This document shows, piece after piece, positions 1-12,309 of a stretch of 64,000 nt of DNA. The first letter of the stretch is position 1; each line of letters begins with the position of its first letter. The stretch is from Phoronis australis (lineage: Eukaryota > Animalia > Phoronida). Both the position numbers and the translations under genes were made by a program. The notes under the pieces were generated by a model. It did no database searches. It was not told the origin of the DNA and saw nothing but the letters and a program-made list of their open reading frames with translations. The stretch covers positions 186,607-250,606 of the forward strand of contig NMRA01000398.1 in the NCBI GenBank assembly GCA_002633005.1. The letters are read 5' to 3'.

Positions 1-99
1 TATGCCACCGTATGTTCTCAAAAAAAATATGTTTTACCAGTAAAAATTTCACCCTATTGGAAATAACATATCTTTAGCGTAGACTTCGAAAACATTCCA

Positions 100-760
100 A
101 ATTCAAAACACGATGAAAAAATGAAGGAAATAAAAAAAGCATCGCATACTTGGCATAGTCGGTCTTACGACGTTTGGGAGCGTTACGTTGCTAAAAACTA
201 ATCTAGTACCAAAATTAACCCACCTATTTATCACAGTCCCGTCTCTGTTTCAAGCTATTATGAAAAAATACACCAAACTTTTTAAAACTTTATTTTGGGA
301 CAGAAAAAATGATAAAATAGTTTATAAAGTTATGATCCAGGATTATTACTGTGGGGGATATGTAAAATGGTTTACTTGGCTTCTTACACGAAGGCACCGA
401 CACGTGGGTACGCAGATTAGCTAACGCAAAACAAACTTGTGAACATGTTTGGACTGAAGTATTTTGGAAAAAAATAGACCTTTTTGGCATTTTGCAGATG
501 AGTATTGTGATGTGATTTCCACTCAAATTAGGTTCTGGATAGAAATGTTTCCATCGTGAAGGAATTTGTAGCATTGACCCAGGAGGCTTTGGCAAACTTT
601 GAATAATCTCATTTATCAACCGCTCTGGTAGAATTAGCAAAATGTCAGTATTTTTAGTCGTGGAACAATTGAGGAGTAAGATTTGCATAAGATATAATGG
701 ATAATGGTGGATTTTTTTCTATATTATGACGCTTTTTTAAAAAGGTTTTCATTTACACCT
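100..760 (+). mobile_element. Decayed L1/Tx1-like LINE ORF2 fragment (post-RT region)
   Basis: Frameshifted translation KEIKK..W..R, LLKTNLVPKLTHLF, LFWDRKNDKI..VMIQDYYCGG, SWNN*GV...DIMDNGGFF resembles the L1/Tx1 region after the RT domain; many stops. Confidence 0.6.
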
Positions 761-1915
761 ATGATAACAAAAAAGCTGCCTGCCTGGATCAGTGACAGAA
801 ATTCAACTACGACTACCCCATTATCCGTAAGTGCTAAATCAGATAACATATAATAAGAAGTGGTATACATGTAGATCAATGTATGATTTATTTATCCGTA
901 ATGCATTTAGCCTCACATCTATGAGACTATAGATTTTAAGTTTGCAAAAGTGTATATATTCAGAAAAGTAGGAAGACCTTAAAATTTGACTTTTTATCAA
1001 TTTGTCAACAATTGGATCATGTGACCTTGTATTATTAGTAAAATTTGGAGTTAGAATGAAAGGTACACTAATAGCAAAACCACGTTATTGACAGCAAGAC
1101 CAAATATAAATTTTCAAGGTGATATCTCAAAAAACAATATTACCCTACTCTAACCGACCATTTCGTTTTCACTGAATTTGTGATTTTTTTCTCGGAAATC
1201 ATAAAAGTACGTTTTTTGTACCCTCTCGTACAAAAGTGGAAGAATTCAAAAACATTAGTCATGAAATCGTTTTGAAGAACAGTGAATTATACATATAGCA
1301 TCTGAAAGCATGATGTGAATCCAATCAGCCAGTTCTGAAATATGATGTTCGATGTTTCTTGAGTCCTACAGAACCTCTGAATATGTATGATGTTTGACCT
1401 CACGTATACGCATGCGTAGTGTGTTATTTGTTACACAAGTTTTGGTCATATGGAATGTTAACATAACCGAGCTGGAAATAAAAAATGAGTGCATATTGCC
1501 GCTACAATAATAACGAGAACATTCAGAAGACGTAGAGAGTAGCTAGGTATTCACTGGAACACATTCACGCATACCTAAATAAACAAGTGGCAAACAACAG
1601 GCCAAAATCGTGATTGGTATCCTTTCATGCGTTGTTCTTCCTACACTGTTTCAACTTAGGAGTTACTCAGGCAATTAATTCAGCCGGGGTTAACTCAAGT
1701 TGGCGGTAATGATGACAAAGACCTCACCTGATCCCCAAAAGGACAGCAGCACGCCGTTTTCACAATGCAGCTGAAGGTTGCCACGTTGGGACGACAATGA
1801 CGATGTAGATGATATGTTAGAAATATAGTCTTGAGTAACAGCTGGTCTAAACAAATGTGTATGGTGTACGTGTGAGTGGAGTTCGTTTTGCGTACGTTAT
1901 GTGGTTTCAAGTTAT

Positions 1916-2213
1916 AAAATAGTAAAACTAGTAAAAATAAAACGACGAGCGTCGGTATTAAAATGTACCAAAATATTCCCCACGTTTCGAGGGATGCGCT
2001 CTTTGTCAAGGGTAATGATATAAGTACTAAAATATATTAAAATATACCCAACGTTTCAAGCGGTACGCTCTTTGTTGACAAAGAGCACATCGCTCTAAGC
2101 GTGGTTAATATTTCAATATATTTTTGTACCGACGCTCGTTGTTTTATTTTTACTAGTTTTACTAGTTTATATTGTTATCCGTCAGTAACTGCACGGCATT
2201 CCAGCATCAATTT
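1916..2213. mobile_element. Palindromic Penelope-like pseudo-LTR remnant with variant hammerhead motifs
   Basis: Long inverted repeat (tagtaaaactagtaaaaataaaacgacgagcgtcggta / taccgacgctcgttgttttatttttactagttttacta) enclosing three TTGACAAAGAGC..GAAACGT-like units. A related partial copy lies at 45211-45338. Confidence 0.6.
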
Positions 2214-2617
2214 GGTTTCAAGTTGATGGCAATATGAAGAGTCCAGTAATCAAAACAGAATGCTTAATATATGGCAAAATAATAACAATAATAATAATGA
2301 TAACAATAATGGTAATGATAATGATAACTTTATTTGAGGCCACCTACCCACAGTTCGCAATATTATATACTCACCTTATATGTACAGCCATTAGATGTTT
2401 AATAATGCGTTTCTGATAAACATAGACGTGTTTTTACAAGTGTTTACTGTCCACAACCTGTGGAGTGAATCTATTTCTTAAATCTTCTAGTACTGGACAC
2501 CGTAACGTGAAGAGCTCTCCAATCTCTCCTGTTTTATAAATGTTACAAGTGCTTTCGGTTAAGGGAATGCCATTTTTTCTGCAGTTTTCAATTTCTTATG
2601 TGCGAGTTGAACACCTA

Positions 2618-3968
2618 CAGCCTATTTCATAAAGATGGTTTAGCAAAACCAGGTTTAAGACTTACACCTGGTCTTCCTAAACCTGATCTAGTTTTAAACA
2701 CGTATTTCACCAACGTGGTTTAAAAGTCTGAAAGCCTGGTTTTGTTAAACCAGGGAGCCGGTATAGTAAAACCAGGTTTAAAGTATCCAAGCCAACCTAC
2801 TGTGTTGATGTGGATTAACCCAACAAAGAAACTACTGAAGTGCTTCAATGAAACCTTGATCACATGGGTACACAATGGCACACGCTAGTAGACTATGTGC
2901 AGACATTTGCGAAAAAGATCTCAAAGCTTTACTCATAAGGAAAATGTAATGTTTGTGTCTAACACACGTACACACATTAAAGTACTTACTCACAATTAGC
3001 CGCAACACTATAAATGCCCAAATTTATTTCCGTGTCATTTTAGTGTCTATTTTTCGCAGCCAAAGTGTGGGCAAGACCCCTTCTCGGCAACATTAAATCG
3101 GGACAAGTGCAGGTCAAACTCAGAAGAATCAGAACATTGTGTCTCCAGTCAAATCCGTACCGCTTACAACAGTGACACGATGCTCGACCAGTCGTATTCT
3201 GAGTAATCCGCAGGACCCCTCCAGCACGTACTGGTTTACGCATAGGCGGATCCAATAGGCGTCAAAGGGCCCGGAACCCCCTTTCCCCTTGATTTTAATG
3301 ATATCAAATCTATAATTTACAAATTGTTGACTTGGTCCGCCTTTTAAAAAATCCTTGACCGCCCCCCCCCCCTTAAAAACCCTGTCATCGTAAAACTAAA
3401 TATTGAAAATAACCCATTTCCGCTCTAGAACTGCGTCTTAAATGCACACCGCGGCATCAACCAGTTGCACATATATCACGCAAGTCTAACATATTTTAGA
3501 GGCGGATCAACCGGGGGGTTAGGGTCTTTATTTTTCCCGATAAAGGATCCAAAATAAAAATAAAATAAAATAGGTCGCCATGAAAACTAAATCAGCTACA
3601 ATAACAAAAAACACGGGAGGGGAGAACCGACACTCCCTCCGCTCGGCGCTATATGCCTCGGTTTCCTAAACCCCCACTTACTGAAAACGTAGATCTGCCA
3701 ATGTATTTAACAGAAATAAACCTGGACCTGATCAAGTCTAAAGCTAAACCTGGTTTAAGATTTTAATACAGGTCTAAGGAATATAAACGTAGTTAGTGAA
3801 ATGAAAAAAACGGACTTAGACCAGGTATAAACTGGAGTTAAACCAGGCTTTACTAGACCACTGGTCTAAAATTTAAACCACCTTTATGAAATGCAGATTA
3901 TCTTTAAACCTGGCCTAAGTCCAGTTTAAACCATTTTTAACTTTAAGCCACCCTTATGAAATTGGCTG
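2618..3968. mobile_element. Non-autonomous DNA transposon (PIF/Harbinger-like MITE) nested in the LINE, 3-bp TSD CTA
   Basis: TIRs cagcctatttcataaagatggttta / taagccacccttatgaaattggctg; CTA on both sides (2615-2617, 3969-3971); subterminal aaaccaggttt repeats. Removing it restores the LINE frame NLRCS. Confidence 0.85.
3241..3703. mobile_element. GC-rich short TIR element(s) nested inside the MITE
   Basis: cataggcggatcca at 3241, a second ggcggatca start near 3500 and tagatctgccaatg ending at 3703; same terminus family as 8256-9018. Confidence 0.5.
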
Positions 3969-6033
3969 CTAAGGTTGGCTGTGTAAATCTGCTGCTGATT
4001 CATCCCTCACTTTTCACAAGAGAACTCGGACTTAAGTTCTCTGTAAAATTTGCTTTTATTTTTATTTTTATTTTCCCTAACGGAACAAACTTTGAAAATC
4101 AACATCTCCCAGCCTTTGAATGAATTCCGACGCAAAATATTGTTCATCACAGACTCCCTGGTTTATCCATAACTGACTGAAACCAATTGTATAAAACATT
4201 AACACAATTATGTCGACCATGCAAATGCCTTTCATATAACATGAAATAACATTGGTTTGAAAGTCTGTCACTTTGCTTGTTCAATACTTTCAAAAATATT
4301 TCATAGGCTTACACATAATTTAAAGACATTGATAAATAAGGACCGCCAAACATGGTGTTGGTCGTCTTAACACCAGTAGATAGTAACCATTTACAGAATC
4401 TGGTTATTTTCAATTTCCTTTCTATGACTAATACCCCATATATTTCCGCTCCATAGAATAAAACGAATTTATCATTGCGTCAAACAATTTAAAGCTAACT
4501 ATCCTTTCTTTTAGGTCCCATTTGACACAGAAAATGTTTCACCAACTTCATTGCTTTGCATGCCGTCTGTGCGAGTGTCCTGCACCACGTTGTGTAACTT
4601 AATCTACTAGAAAATACAATCCTTAGATATTTACATGTATAGTAACCGCAAGTCCAAGTTACCACTCCTGTAAGACCATTTTCTCTTATCAATTGTCCAC
4701 TTTTGACCTTCCTTGAAAAAATGTGTTTATTTCGTGGTGTTGAAAGACATATTTAATTTCTTAAAATGGAGTAAAACACAATTTTTGAAGAATATCTCTA
4801 TAGCCCAACAAAAGAGTCGCCAACTGTAGTAAGTTCGTCGCATATAGCAATAAAAACACGATGACGGGGTCAACTAAAATACCACTTCTTTTACCGATTT
4901 CTCATTTCAGTAACCTGAGAACAATGATGTGCTTAAACTACTGCCTTGTTTGACTCCAGTCTTGCACTTAAAATGTTGACCTGTTATTCCTAAGTCATTA
5001 TTTATTTTAGCATTTATTTTTCACAGTTCAATACACACACTGTAGAATTCTCAACAGTGGTCTAACAAAACCTTTCAATATTACTACATCAATAGGAACT
5101 GTATGCTCTGACATCTCATGATTAGCATTTAGTAACGGACAAAAATAGTCAGTGCACTTGCCATCCCATACCTTGTTGCCACGATTTGCATTTGATTTAT
5201 TTGTTTTACATTTTATCAAACCGCCACAATGATCTTGAAGCAATTGAGGCACGGGTGTTCACAACTTATTCATACACATCGTTCTGATGTAGCATTTTCT
5301 TACATGTAGGTAAACGCAACTTTTTAAATTTCTTTTTAGTTTCAGGATGTTCATCAGGTGTTTTGTCATTGCACGTGCGACGACATTCCTTTAACAGGCT
5401 GTTCTCCTTCAATTCAATTAATATAGGTTCCGAATCGAACCATCTTCGTGTACGTTTTTCTAGTTTTCTCTCGATCTCCATTTTAATGACGCCGCATATC
5501 CAAATTCGCCAAACAAAATTTCAGTTCTCGTAATAGCCAGATTTAGGTCAATATGTACATGTACTCAGTTACTTCTCTTATTCGTGTAGCAAAAATAATC
5601 GCTTCGAAAGGTATCTGATATAGTCTTCATAATTTTGAGAGTCTTTTTCTTTCTCACAGTTAGCAAAATTAAACTCACTTCTTAGCAAAATGTTTCCCAT
5701 CATCAATGTTCGTGACTTCACTAAATACCAATATACCATTCAACAAATTCTTGTCCTTCAGCATATAGTCAATAATTCCTTTGCCCATATTCAAGCGATA
5801 AATTTGAGTTTTTCCTACCATTTAATGTGACAAGATTATTTATTGGGGACAAATAAAACAACAAGAATAATGTAGATTTTAAGTTGTATTGGGAATTTCA
5901 GGGTCACAGCTCTACAAATAAATATTTCACAGAAGGAACCAGATGGGGTCCTTAATGACAAGAGATAACACACACATTTCCGATACCCAAAGTACAATTG
6001 AGTATCGGATGCTAAGTGGCTCAGGTTAGCAAT

Positions 6034-6200
6034 AGTACCAAATGGGTACTTAATACCAAATGGGTATTGGCCGATTGCCTACCAACTGGGTCGAGCAAAA
6101 CGGCAAATTCAATAACAAGTACCAAGTGGGTACAAACTGCCAAATGGGCAAATATCATATAAAGTACCAAGTGGGTACACTAAACAGCCAACTGGGCTAT
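6034..6200 (+). repeat. Degenerate minisatellite of (T/G)(A/G)CCAA(A/G/C)TGGG units
   Basis: About 7 imperfect copies, e.g. taccaaatgggta, aagtaccaagtgggtac x2, gccaactgggc. Confidence 0.6.
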
Positions 6201-8255
6201 AACAACCTGCAAAGCAGGGTTCCGGACAAGCTGAGTGAGCAGACCAGCCGGAGTGATAAAAAGAGATATTGTAAGGAACGTGGTGTTGTGGCTCAGTATG
6301 TGCCACATGGGCAGGGTTGTTCATGGATGAACAATCCTGTCCACCGCCACATAAACATGTTGCCAAAGTAATGAATATTAGAACAGAGTATTAACAAGTA
6401 CTATCCACTCAACTAGTCCCGGTGTAGGCAAATGCAGTGACCCCTGCCGATAACTTCGGTAGAGTTGAAGTTGAGCTATTCCATTGTAACGAGGAGTCGA
6501 CACTTCGGTTCGCTGTTACAAGAAGTCCATCTAGTTACTCCAGAATAATTTAGCGCTGTTGACTTCGAACCAATGCCAAAGTTAAATGTTCTTGGTGCCC
6601 GATACTTCGTTAACACGAAGTTTGGAGCCAGTGCGAAAGGCCTTTCAGAAACACACTGCACTAAGCATACACCATTATTATTTTACACAAAATTTTATAC
6701 CATACACCAGTTATATTGAACATATTTCCAATGTTTGCCAGTTTTCTTTGCCAGCAGCCCCACATAGTCGCGTTCTGGTTATTTTAGGCAAGAAGGTTTT
6801 CACAAACCAGTCATGGAGCAAGTCTCAAAGTTAGAACTGGACTATGACTTTCAGGCTACACATCAGCCCGGTTTATATGGTGTACTTTTACACCTGTATG
6901 TAACTATACACCATACGCAAATCTACACCCGGGTGTACGTGAAAACTTACATCGCGTAGCTTTTGGAAAAATGAAAAAGCAACATTCGCGCTCTGTATTC
7001 TAAAAATTTCGCTGTCAAAACGACAAGAGAAATGTTTGCTAGTGAAGAAAGAATCAGAACAACTGCCTTGACTCTGGGTAGCTCTGAGAATCGGGTGTCA
7101 GTCTCCTCAAGATTGTTTTGGAACTATTTCGCAAACAGCAGGTATGAATATATTAAGAAAGATCTATGTACTCAGGTGCAGAACGCATTTAACAATAAAA
7201 ATTTGAAACACGAAGGAGGGGGGTGAGGTGTCACATTTTTTCCTTGTGGATATGTGGGCGCAGGTTGTTAGCTTTCGTTTCGAGTCACGAGTCTACTCAA
7301 ACAGAACATCCGGTCATTAAAATTTTAGAATCTTCTAGGATGTTCGCCACCATACTATTGTAGGCAAATTACATGTACATCCTTACTGTCCTGACCTCAT
7401 GGGTCGTGCCAATCAAGTGCTATCTGCTAGAACACAGACAGAACAATAAAAAAATAAAATGATTAAATTAAGAACAGTGTCAGTCTATTCATGACAAAGG
7501 TATGCAAATTCTCAAACAGCAGATCCCGTCCATAAGTTCTAGGAGCCTACTCATTTTGCCACGTGTTCCTCGAATGTTTTGCAAACCAGTAAGACTACCC
7601 ATCTGTCAGGTCGGAGTCAAGTCGTAATGGGTGCCAACACGACTTGGTAACCAAAGTGTTGGCAACCTTCAGCGGAATGACGAAAACATACATGACACTA
7701 GCTCAACCAGAGCCGATTACTTGATTCTGGGCAACTTTTTCATAAGGCCATCAACCATGATAAATTTCTGATTTCTTAATTCAGGCGATCTGGTACCGTT
7801 GGTAGTATTATATCAATTATCACGTCCGAAATATTGTTCGCGATTTTCGTTTCAACACGGCGGTTCTAGTATTCGTATATTTCAGGTGTGTGATTACTGA
7901 CGCGGCGGATTACATTAGTGATGTAAACACAAGATGGTTTGGCCGGGTCACATGAATGACGCACTCAGGCTGGCTTTTGGAAATTCAGTGAACAACGAAC
8001 CTTTGCAAAAGTGAACAGAAAAGCTGGATTGTATTGTGGAATTCATAAGTATGCCTGTTGCACCTATCAGCCATCGAAACCGTGCCAGCAATATTAAAAA
8101 GCACGGACAGCAGCATTTCAAAAGACCATGTCTCAACCACAATTGACAGCAAAAGATCTATCAGACCTTTAAAGGGAAGTGATATATCTTAAAAAGAGAT
8201 GAGACCACAGTACTTTTGAAATTGCATTTTTGGTGGGATGATGTCGCTGCGGTCA

Positions 8256-9018
8256 CCATAGGCGGATTTAGGGGGGGGTGGCGGTGGCCCGCCCGCCCCT
8301 TGGCTGCCGCAAAAAAACAAAACAGCAAGAGCGTANTATCATGATGGCTAAGTATAGGCTCTCCCGCGACATTTCAGACGACCGGTAGTGGCGCTGCGCA
8401 CTACGACTCCGTTTCCGTCGTCTGCTTCACTGTGCAATGAAGAAAATTACTTCATTTTTAATGAAAATGGAATCTTAGTGACGATGAAAAAACAGAAGCT
8501 GCTGGTAAGATGTGAATTTTTAACGAAATCTTTGTGAATCACTCAGAAACTCACAACAAATTTGTTACGAACTGATTGCACAAAATATAAAAAGTGTAAT
8601 AAATATTACAAAAAGAAGTAGGTTTCGCGCGCAAACGCTGTGGACCATAAACAAGTAGGTCTCTTAGAAACAATGTGCGAGTGAAGTCGTGGTGGTGCAG
8701 TGGTAAAGCACGCGCGTTCTATCCGCCAGGTCGTGACTTCGAGTCTGATAATTGCAATGTTTCAAGTTTGACAAGGTTACCGTGTTTTTTTGCTTTCTTT
8801 TTCCTTTGCCTTTTTTCTTTGATAATATTTAAGGAATCACAGAAAATGCTTGATTTTTAGAGGAAAAAACAGAAAAAAATCCTGGTGGGAGGGGGGGGGG
8901 CAAACTCCCCTCCCGACCTCCCCCCATTCGGTGCTATGCGCATCTACAATCGCGCTTTTCGCAAATGTTTACAAACAAAATGTTGGGCCCCCTTGTGATA
9001 TCCTAGATCCGCCTATGG
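8256..9018. mobile_element. GC-rich TIR element (MITE) spanning an N gap at 8336
   Basis: TIR ccataggcggatttagg / cctagatccgcctatgg (16 of 17 match); G/C-run subterminal hairpins; no clean TSD. Confidence 0.7.
8686..8750 (+). mobile_element. tRNA-derived SINE head / tRNA pseudogene
   Basis: A box TGGTGCAGTGG (8693-8703) and degenerate B box ACTTCGAGTCT (8736-8746) at tRNA spacing; cloverleaf not intact. Confidence 0.5.
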
Positions 9019-9361
9019 AGACACTTATGCAAACCCGTGTGTAACTTAAATCACGTTCACATGTGCCAAGAGTATTATTTGCATCTCTTTAAATACATGT
9101 ATACATTTACATGACCTCTGGAGTTGAGGTAGTTATCAACTCAGTATTAACACCTGGCCGAGTGTATTATTTTGCGTTTATAGGGCAAAACGTTCACACC
9201 ATACGTAAATGCTCATTGAGGTTAAAATGCACACTCGGGTGTAAACACCAACATGTAAACGGGGGTTTAGTTGTAAGCGACACGCACGTTGTATGAAACG
9301 ACGCAGACTAGTTTCGATTTCATGAGCATCAGTGGGCCCCGCCGACACTTGCCACAATGAA

Positions 9362-9521
9362 CCAGCCTCCCGTTCAGTAACGCTAGGACCTCGCTAAAAA
9401 GCAAGACTTCGTGAGATATTACGTGAGATATTGCCGTGCTTTTTAAATGAGAACACATGACTTTGACTACGTTTTAGCTAGGTCTTAGCGTAGGTCCTAG
9501 CGTCTACTGAACGCACGCCTG
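9362..9521. mobile_element. About 160-bp MITE, copy 1
   Basis: Imperfect TIR cgttcagtaacgctaggacct / aggtcctagcgtctactgaacg; highly similar copy at 57456-57614. Confidence 0.8.
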
Positions 9522-10444
9522 AATGCAAACGTGACGTTGTATATGACTAAACATCTGAGCCTCAATCAGGTGTGAAACTACAAAGGCAACAAATTCGGGG
9601 CATTCCAGTTCGTACGTGAATAGCTGCGAGCGCACAATAGACAGTGTCAATAGGCAGTCTGGAGATGTCTGTGTTTTCAACTGCCGGAGGCCGGTAGGCG
9701 ACCGTGACCAGTCTGGTGAACTGTAACTTCTTCTCAAGTTATTGTTATCAATTAAATTCATTTCAAATAACAACCTTGTAGTTACACTTTGTGCACACAT
9801 TTCTGTAGGGATTGATGCATTTTTAGTGCCAGAGCTGTGTGTACCCTCATGTGTACCCTCCTGTGCCCAAGGCTAGTTTATAGTGAGAGCTGGCGAGGCT
9901 ATGTGGGACCTTATGGACAAAACTGTTTATTTGCAGTTCAAAACTCCACAATATGTATAATTTAACCCAGCAAAACGTTGCAAAACCCTTAAGGACAGAT
10001 TCAATTTTCGAATTGAAAGTTGTTAATTTCATACTCTGTGATTTTCTAGAAATTTGTTCGCCTGGAGCAAGGTCAGGTGAAAGAAACCGGCAAATTTCCC
10101 AGTTCGGCTGTAGAATGCCTGGGTTTGTTGGGTGAAATGCCAGAGCCTAGTACTACCTGCGTTTGGTGTTATAAATAATGACCACCGTTGCGTATTGAAA
10201 TTTAGACTTGACAAACTGTTCAGGTTTAGGACTGCAGACGTTTCTGGCATCAATATCCCTTGAAGTTGAACACCATTCCCTATCGTCAAACAGAGTATTG
10301 TACCCGAAACTGAATCAAAGAAATAACAATGTTGTGGGTTGATGATTATGCTCGGTGTGGTCGTTTTTACTACTGCCACTGCCGGGACTAGCCAGCTTAC
10401 CTACCAGCTTAGCTCCCACGACCAGTTGAGGCAAAAAAACATGA

Positions 10445-10945
10445 CGGCGTTCTGTCGTTTAGCAACTTTTCCAGACGTGAGGGGTTCTGAACGTGCGATA
10501 ACATCCGGCTCCTTTGGTAACTGCCCAGCACAGTGGCTTGATCCCGTATGACAACAAGCAGGCCAATTATCTCCCAAGCTTCAAAGGGTTACTGAAACCT
10601 AGCAGAATGGATTGTCTTAACTTCTGTTATAGTTGGGAGATTTTGGTGATTCATAAAATAAACATGAGCAGCATTTGACAAGGAATTCAGAAATGCTATT
10701 GGTGTATGTTCAAATATCATGTAAATTTCATTTTGGCAGCACAGCCCAGTCAGGCTAGATACGATGTGATCGGAGATTAGAGCAATTATCGAACAAAAGA
10801 GAGTCTACCCTCCAACCATAAATGCCAGAATGGAGTTAATCAGTCGTGTAAGATATTGGCTACAGGGGTGATCCTCCCAACTTGTTGTTGGGCTATAGAA
10901 TCGAACAAGTTGGGAGCAACAGGAAAACGCCGTAATGGTCCCGAT
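10445..10945 (+). repeat. Dispersed two-block repeat, copy 1 (inverted relative to 15920-16205); possible pseudogene relic
   Basis: 10445-10510 matches the reverse complement of about 16141-16205, and 10740-10945 matches that of about 15920-16116. Confidence 0.75.
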
Positions 10946-11679
10946 GGGACTGCTAGAGGTCCAGTTCTACAGAATCTGAGCAAAGTTTTTCCGAAAATAA
11001 TCAACGCGCTTTATACTGCGATAACCCAGGCATATAATTCTTAAAATTGTTTCAAAAGTCTCCCTTCACCCACAGCTGAATTAACAAATGAGTGACATCG
11101 TTACTCACACGGCCGCTTCTATAGCTATTCGACTTCGACCGACTGCATCTAAAAAGCAGATAATCGAAGGAATTATAATAATTTATTTACATTTGCAGTC
11201 ACTAACACTGCAATGATTTTTCTAAAGGAGTTAAATCGCGTGGCGAGGAAATGTCTTTCGTGATGTTTCTATTTAGAGATCCTAAAGCACCCGACTGTCA
11301 TTTATTTTTTAAAAATCGGTGAACCATGAATTAATATCATAATAACTAAAGATGGCACCCGAAAAAATTCTTTACGTCTGATTTTGTCTCAACTTTATTG
11401 CTTTAATGACTTCCACGCAAAATAGACAGGTTCTCCTCTTTCAGTAGCGCGGTTTTGCGTGTTCTAGCGTCACCATCTCGCTTTTTTCACAAGAAAGTCG
11501 AGAGTTGAGTTACATAGACGTACGGATCTCGCAAAGGAAGCAATTGTGACCACATACCTGTTTCGCTGGTGATAATACACAGAGTAGTAACAGCATTTCC
11601 CCACATTTCAAAGGAAGGGGCCCTGTCGGAGGTAGAAGGGTTCAAACATCAATGTGGTCAGTTTCCCGATAGATACCAA

Positions 11680-11822
11680 TTGCAGATTAAGAGGGGGCCA
11701 TGGCCCCCCTAAAACTCTCCAAGATTCCATTTGGCAGTTCGGGGGTTCAAATGTCTGAGGTGCAAAATCCTGGCTAATACTGTGCCCTGGCCACCCGACT
11801 CAAAATCCTGGATCCGCCCCTA
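11680..11822. mobile_element. Short GC-rich TIR-element remnant
   Basis: gggggccatggccccc hairpin and right end aaatcctggatccgcccct, same terminus family as 8256-9018; left end decayed. Confidence 0.45.
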
Positions 11823-12253
11823 GACATCATTGCGTCTGGGTACGTCTACGCCCCCAAGACACCAAAGGGTTCCAAGTGTTTATTGACTGAATACCTACCG
11901 GGTGGGGTGTGTCCTTAGCTTGATACCAAACGTCATCATTGAAATTTTTCATTCAAAGTGTCTGGAGCCCTTTTTGCTTGAACGCAAACCAAAATAGCGA
12001 ATAAATCGTATTATTCACTCCGACCCGACTAACATTGTACGACAACTGATTTTTTTTCCTTCCCACCAAGTTTTTTTCGGGTCAGTGCATACGCATTGCT
12101 AATACTGTTTTTATGGACTTGGTTAGGCAAAAAGTCGTCAGTACAAGCGTTCTCAAGCAGTCGGTTGCATCTACACACATTTCTAAAACATTCCATGACC
12201 GTCAGTTTTGTAAGTCACGGACAGTGACGGACATCCGTCCAGACGCATGCATT

Positions 12254-12309
12254 ATGGACAGGTACATCCAAATAGCAATAGCTGTACTGCAGGCAAACGT
12301 CGTTTTAAG
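12254..12309 (+). CDS. Putative exon 1 (signal peptide MDRYIQIAIAVLQANVVLS)
   Basis: ATG, short hydrophobic stretch and a strong donor AG|GTGAGT in phase 2, which matches the phase-2 start of exon 2 (gives VVLS-LTG). It lies 7.2 kb upstream of exon 2, so it is the best candidate I saw rather than a proven one. Confidence 0.5.

Larger units (their letters stand above)
2281..5800 (-). mobile_element. Decayed LINE (tentatively RTEX/L2-like) with RT and C-terminal Cys/His region, interrupted by a MITE
   Basis: Minus-strand remnants RWFDSE, DYFCPLLN, GVKQGSSLS, LLLYA(D), YY..KYL.IVFS, KLFDAMI..YGAEI, RFCKWLL, NLRCS...NGIP..C...CP..LR; 3' AATAAA followed by an (ATT)n-type tail at 2281-2335. The 5' boundary is approximate. 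Confidence 0.8.

Noticed and set aside
6034-6371. Regularly recurring ~17-bp units as a CRISPR array, and the ORF over them as a repeat protein
   Set aside because: Eukaryotic context, degenerate units, irregular short spacing and no cas genes; simple minisatellite.
10480-10770. In-frame TGA shared by both inverted copies (GGG TGC/TTC TGA ACG TGC; ATG/ATC TGA TCG), suggesting selenocysteine or a TGA=Trp code
   Set aside because: Both are readily explained by CGA>TGA CpG decay; the same frames also contain TAG/TAA stops and indels, and I saw no SECIS.
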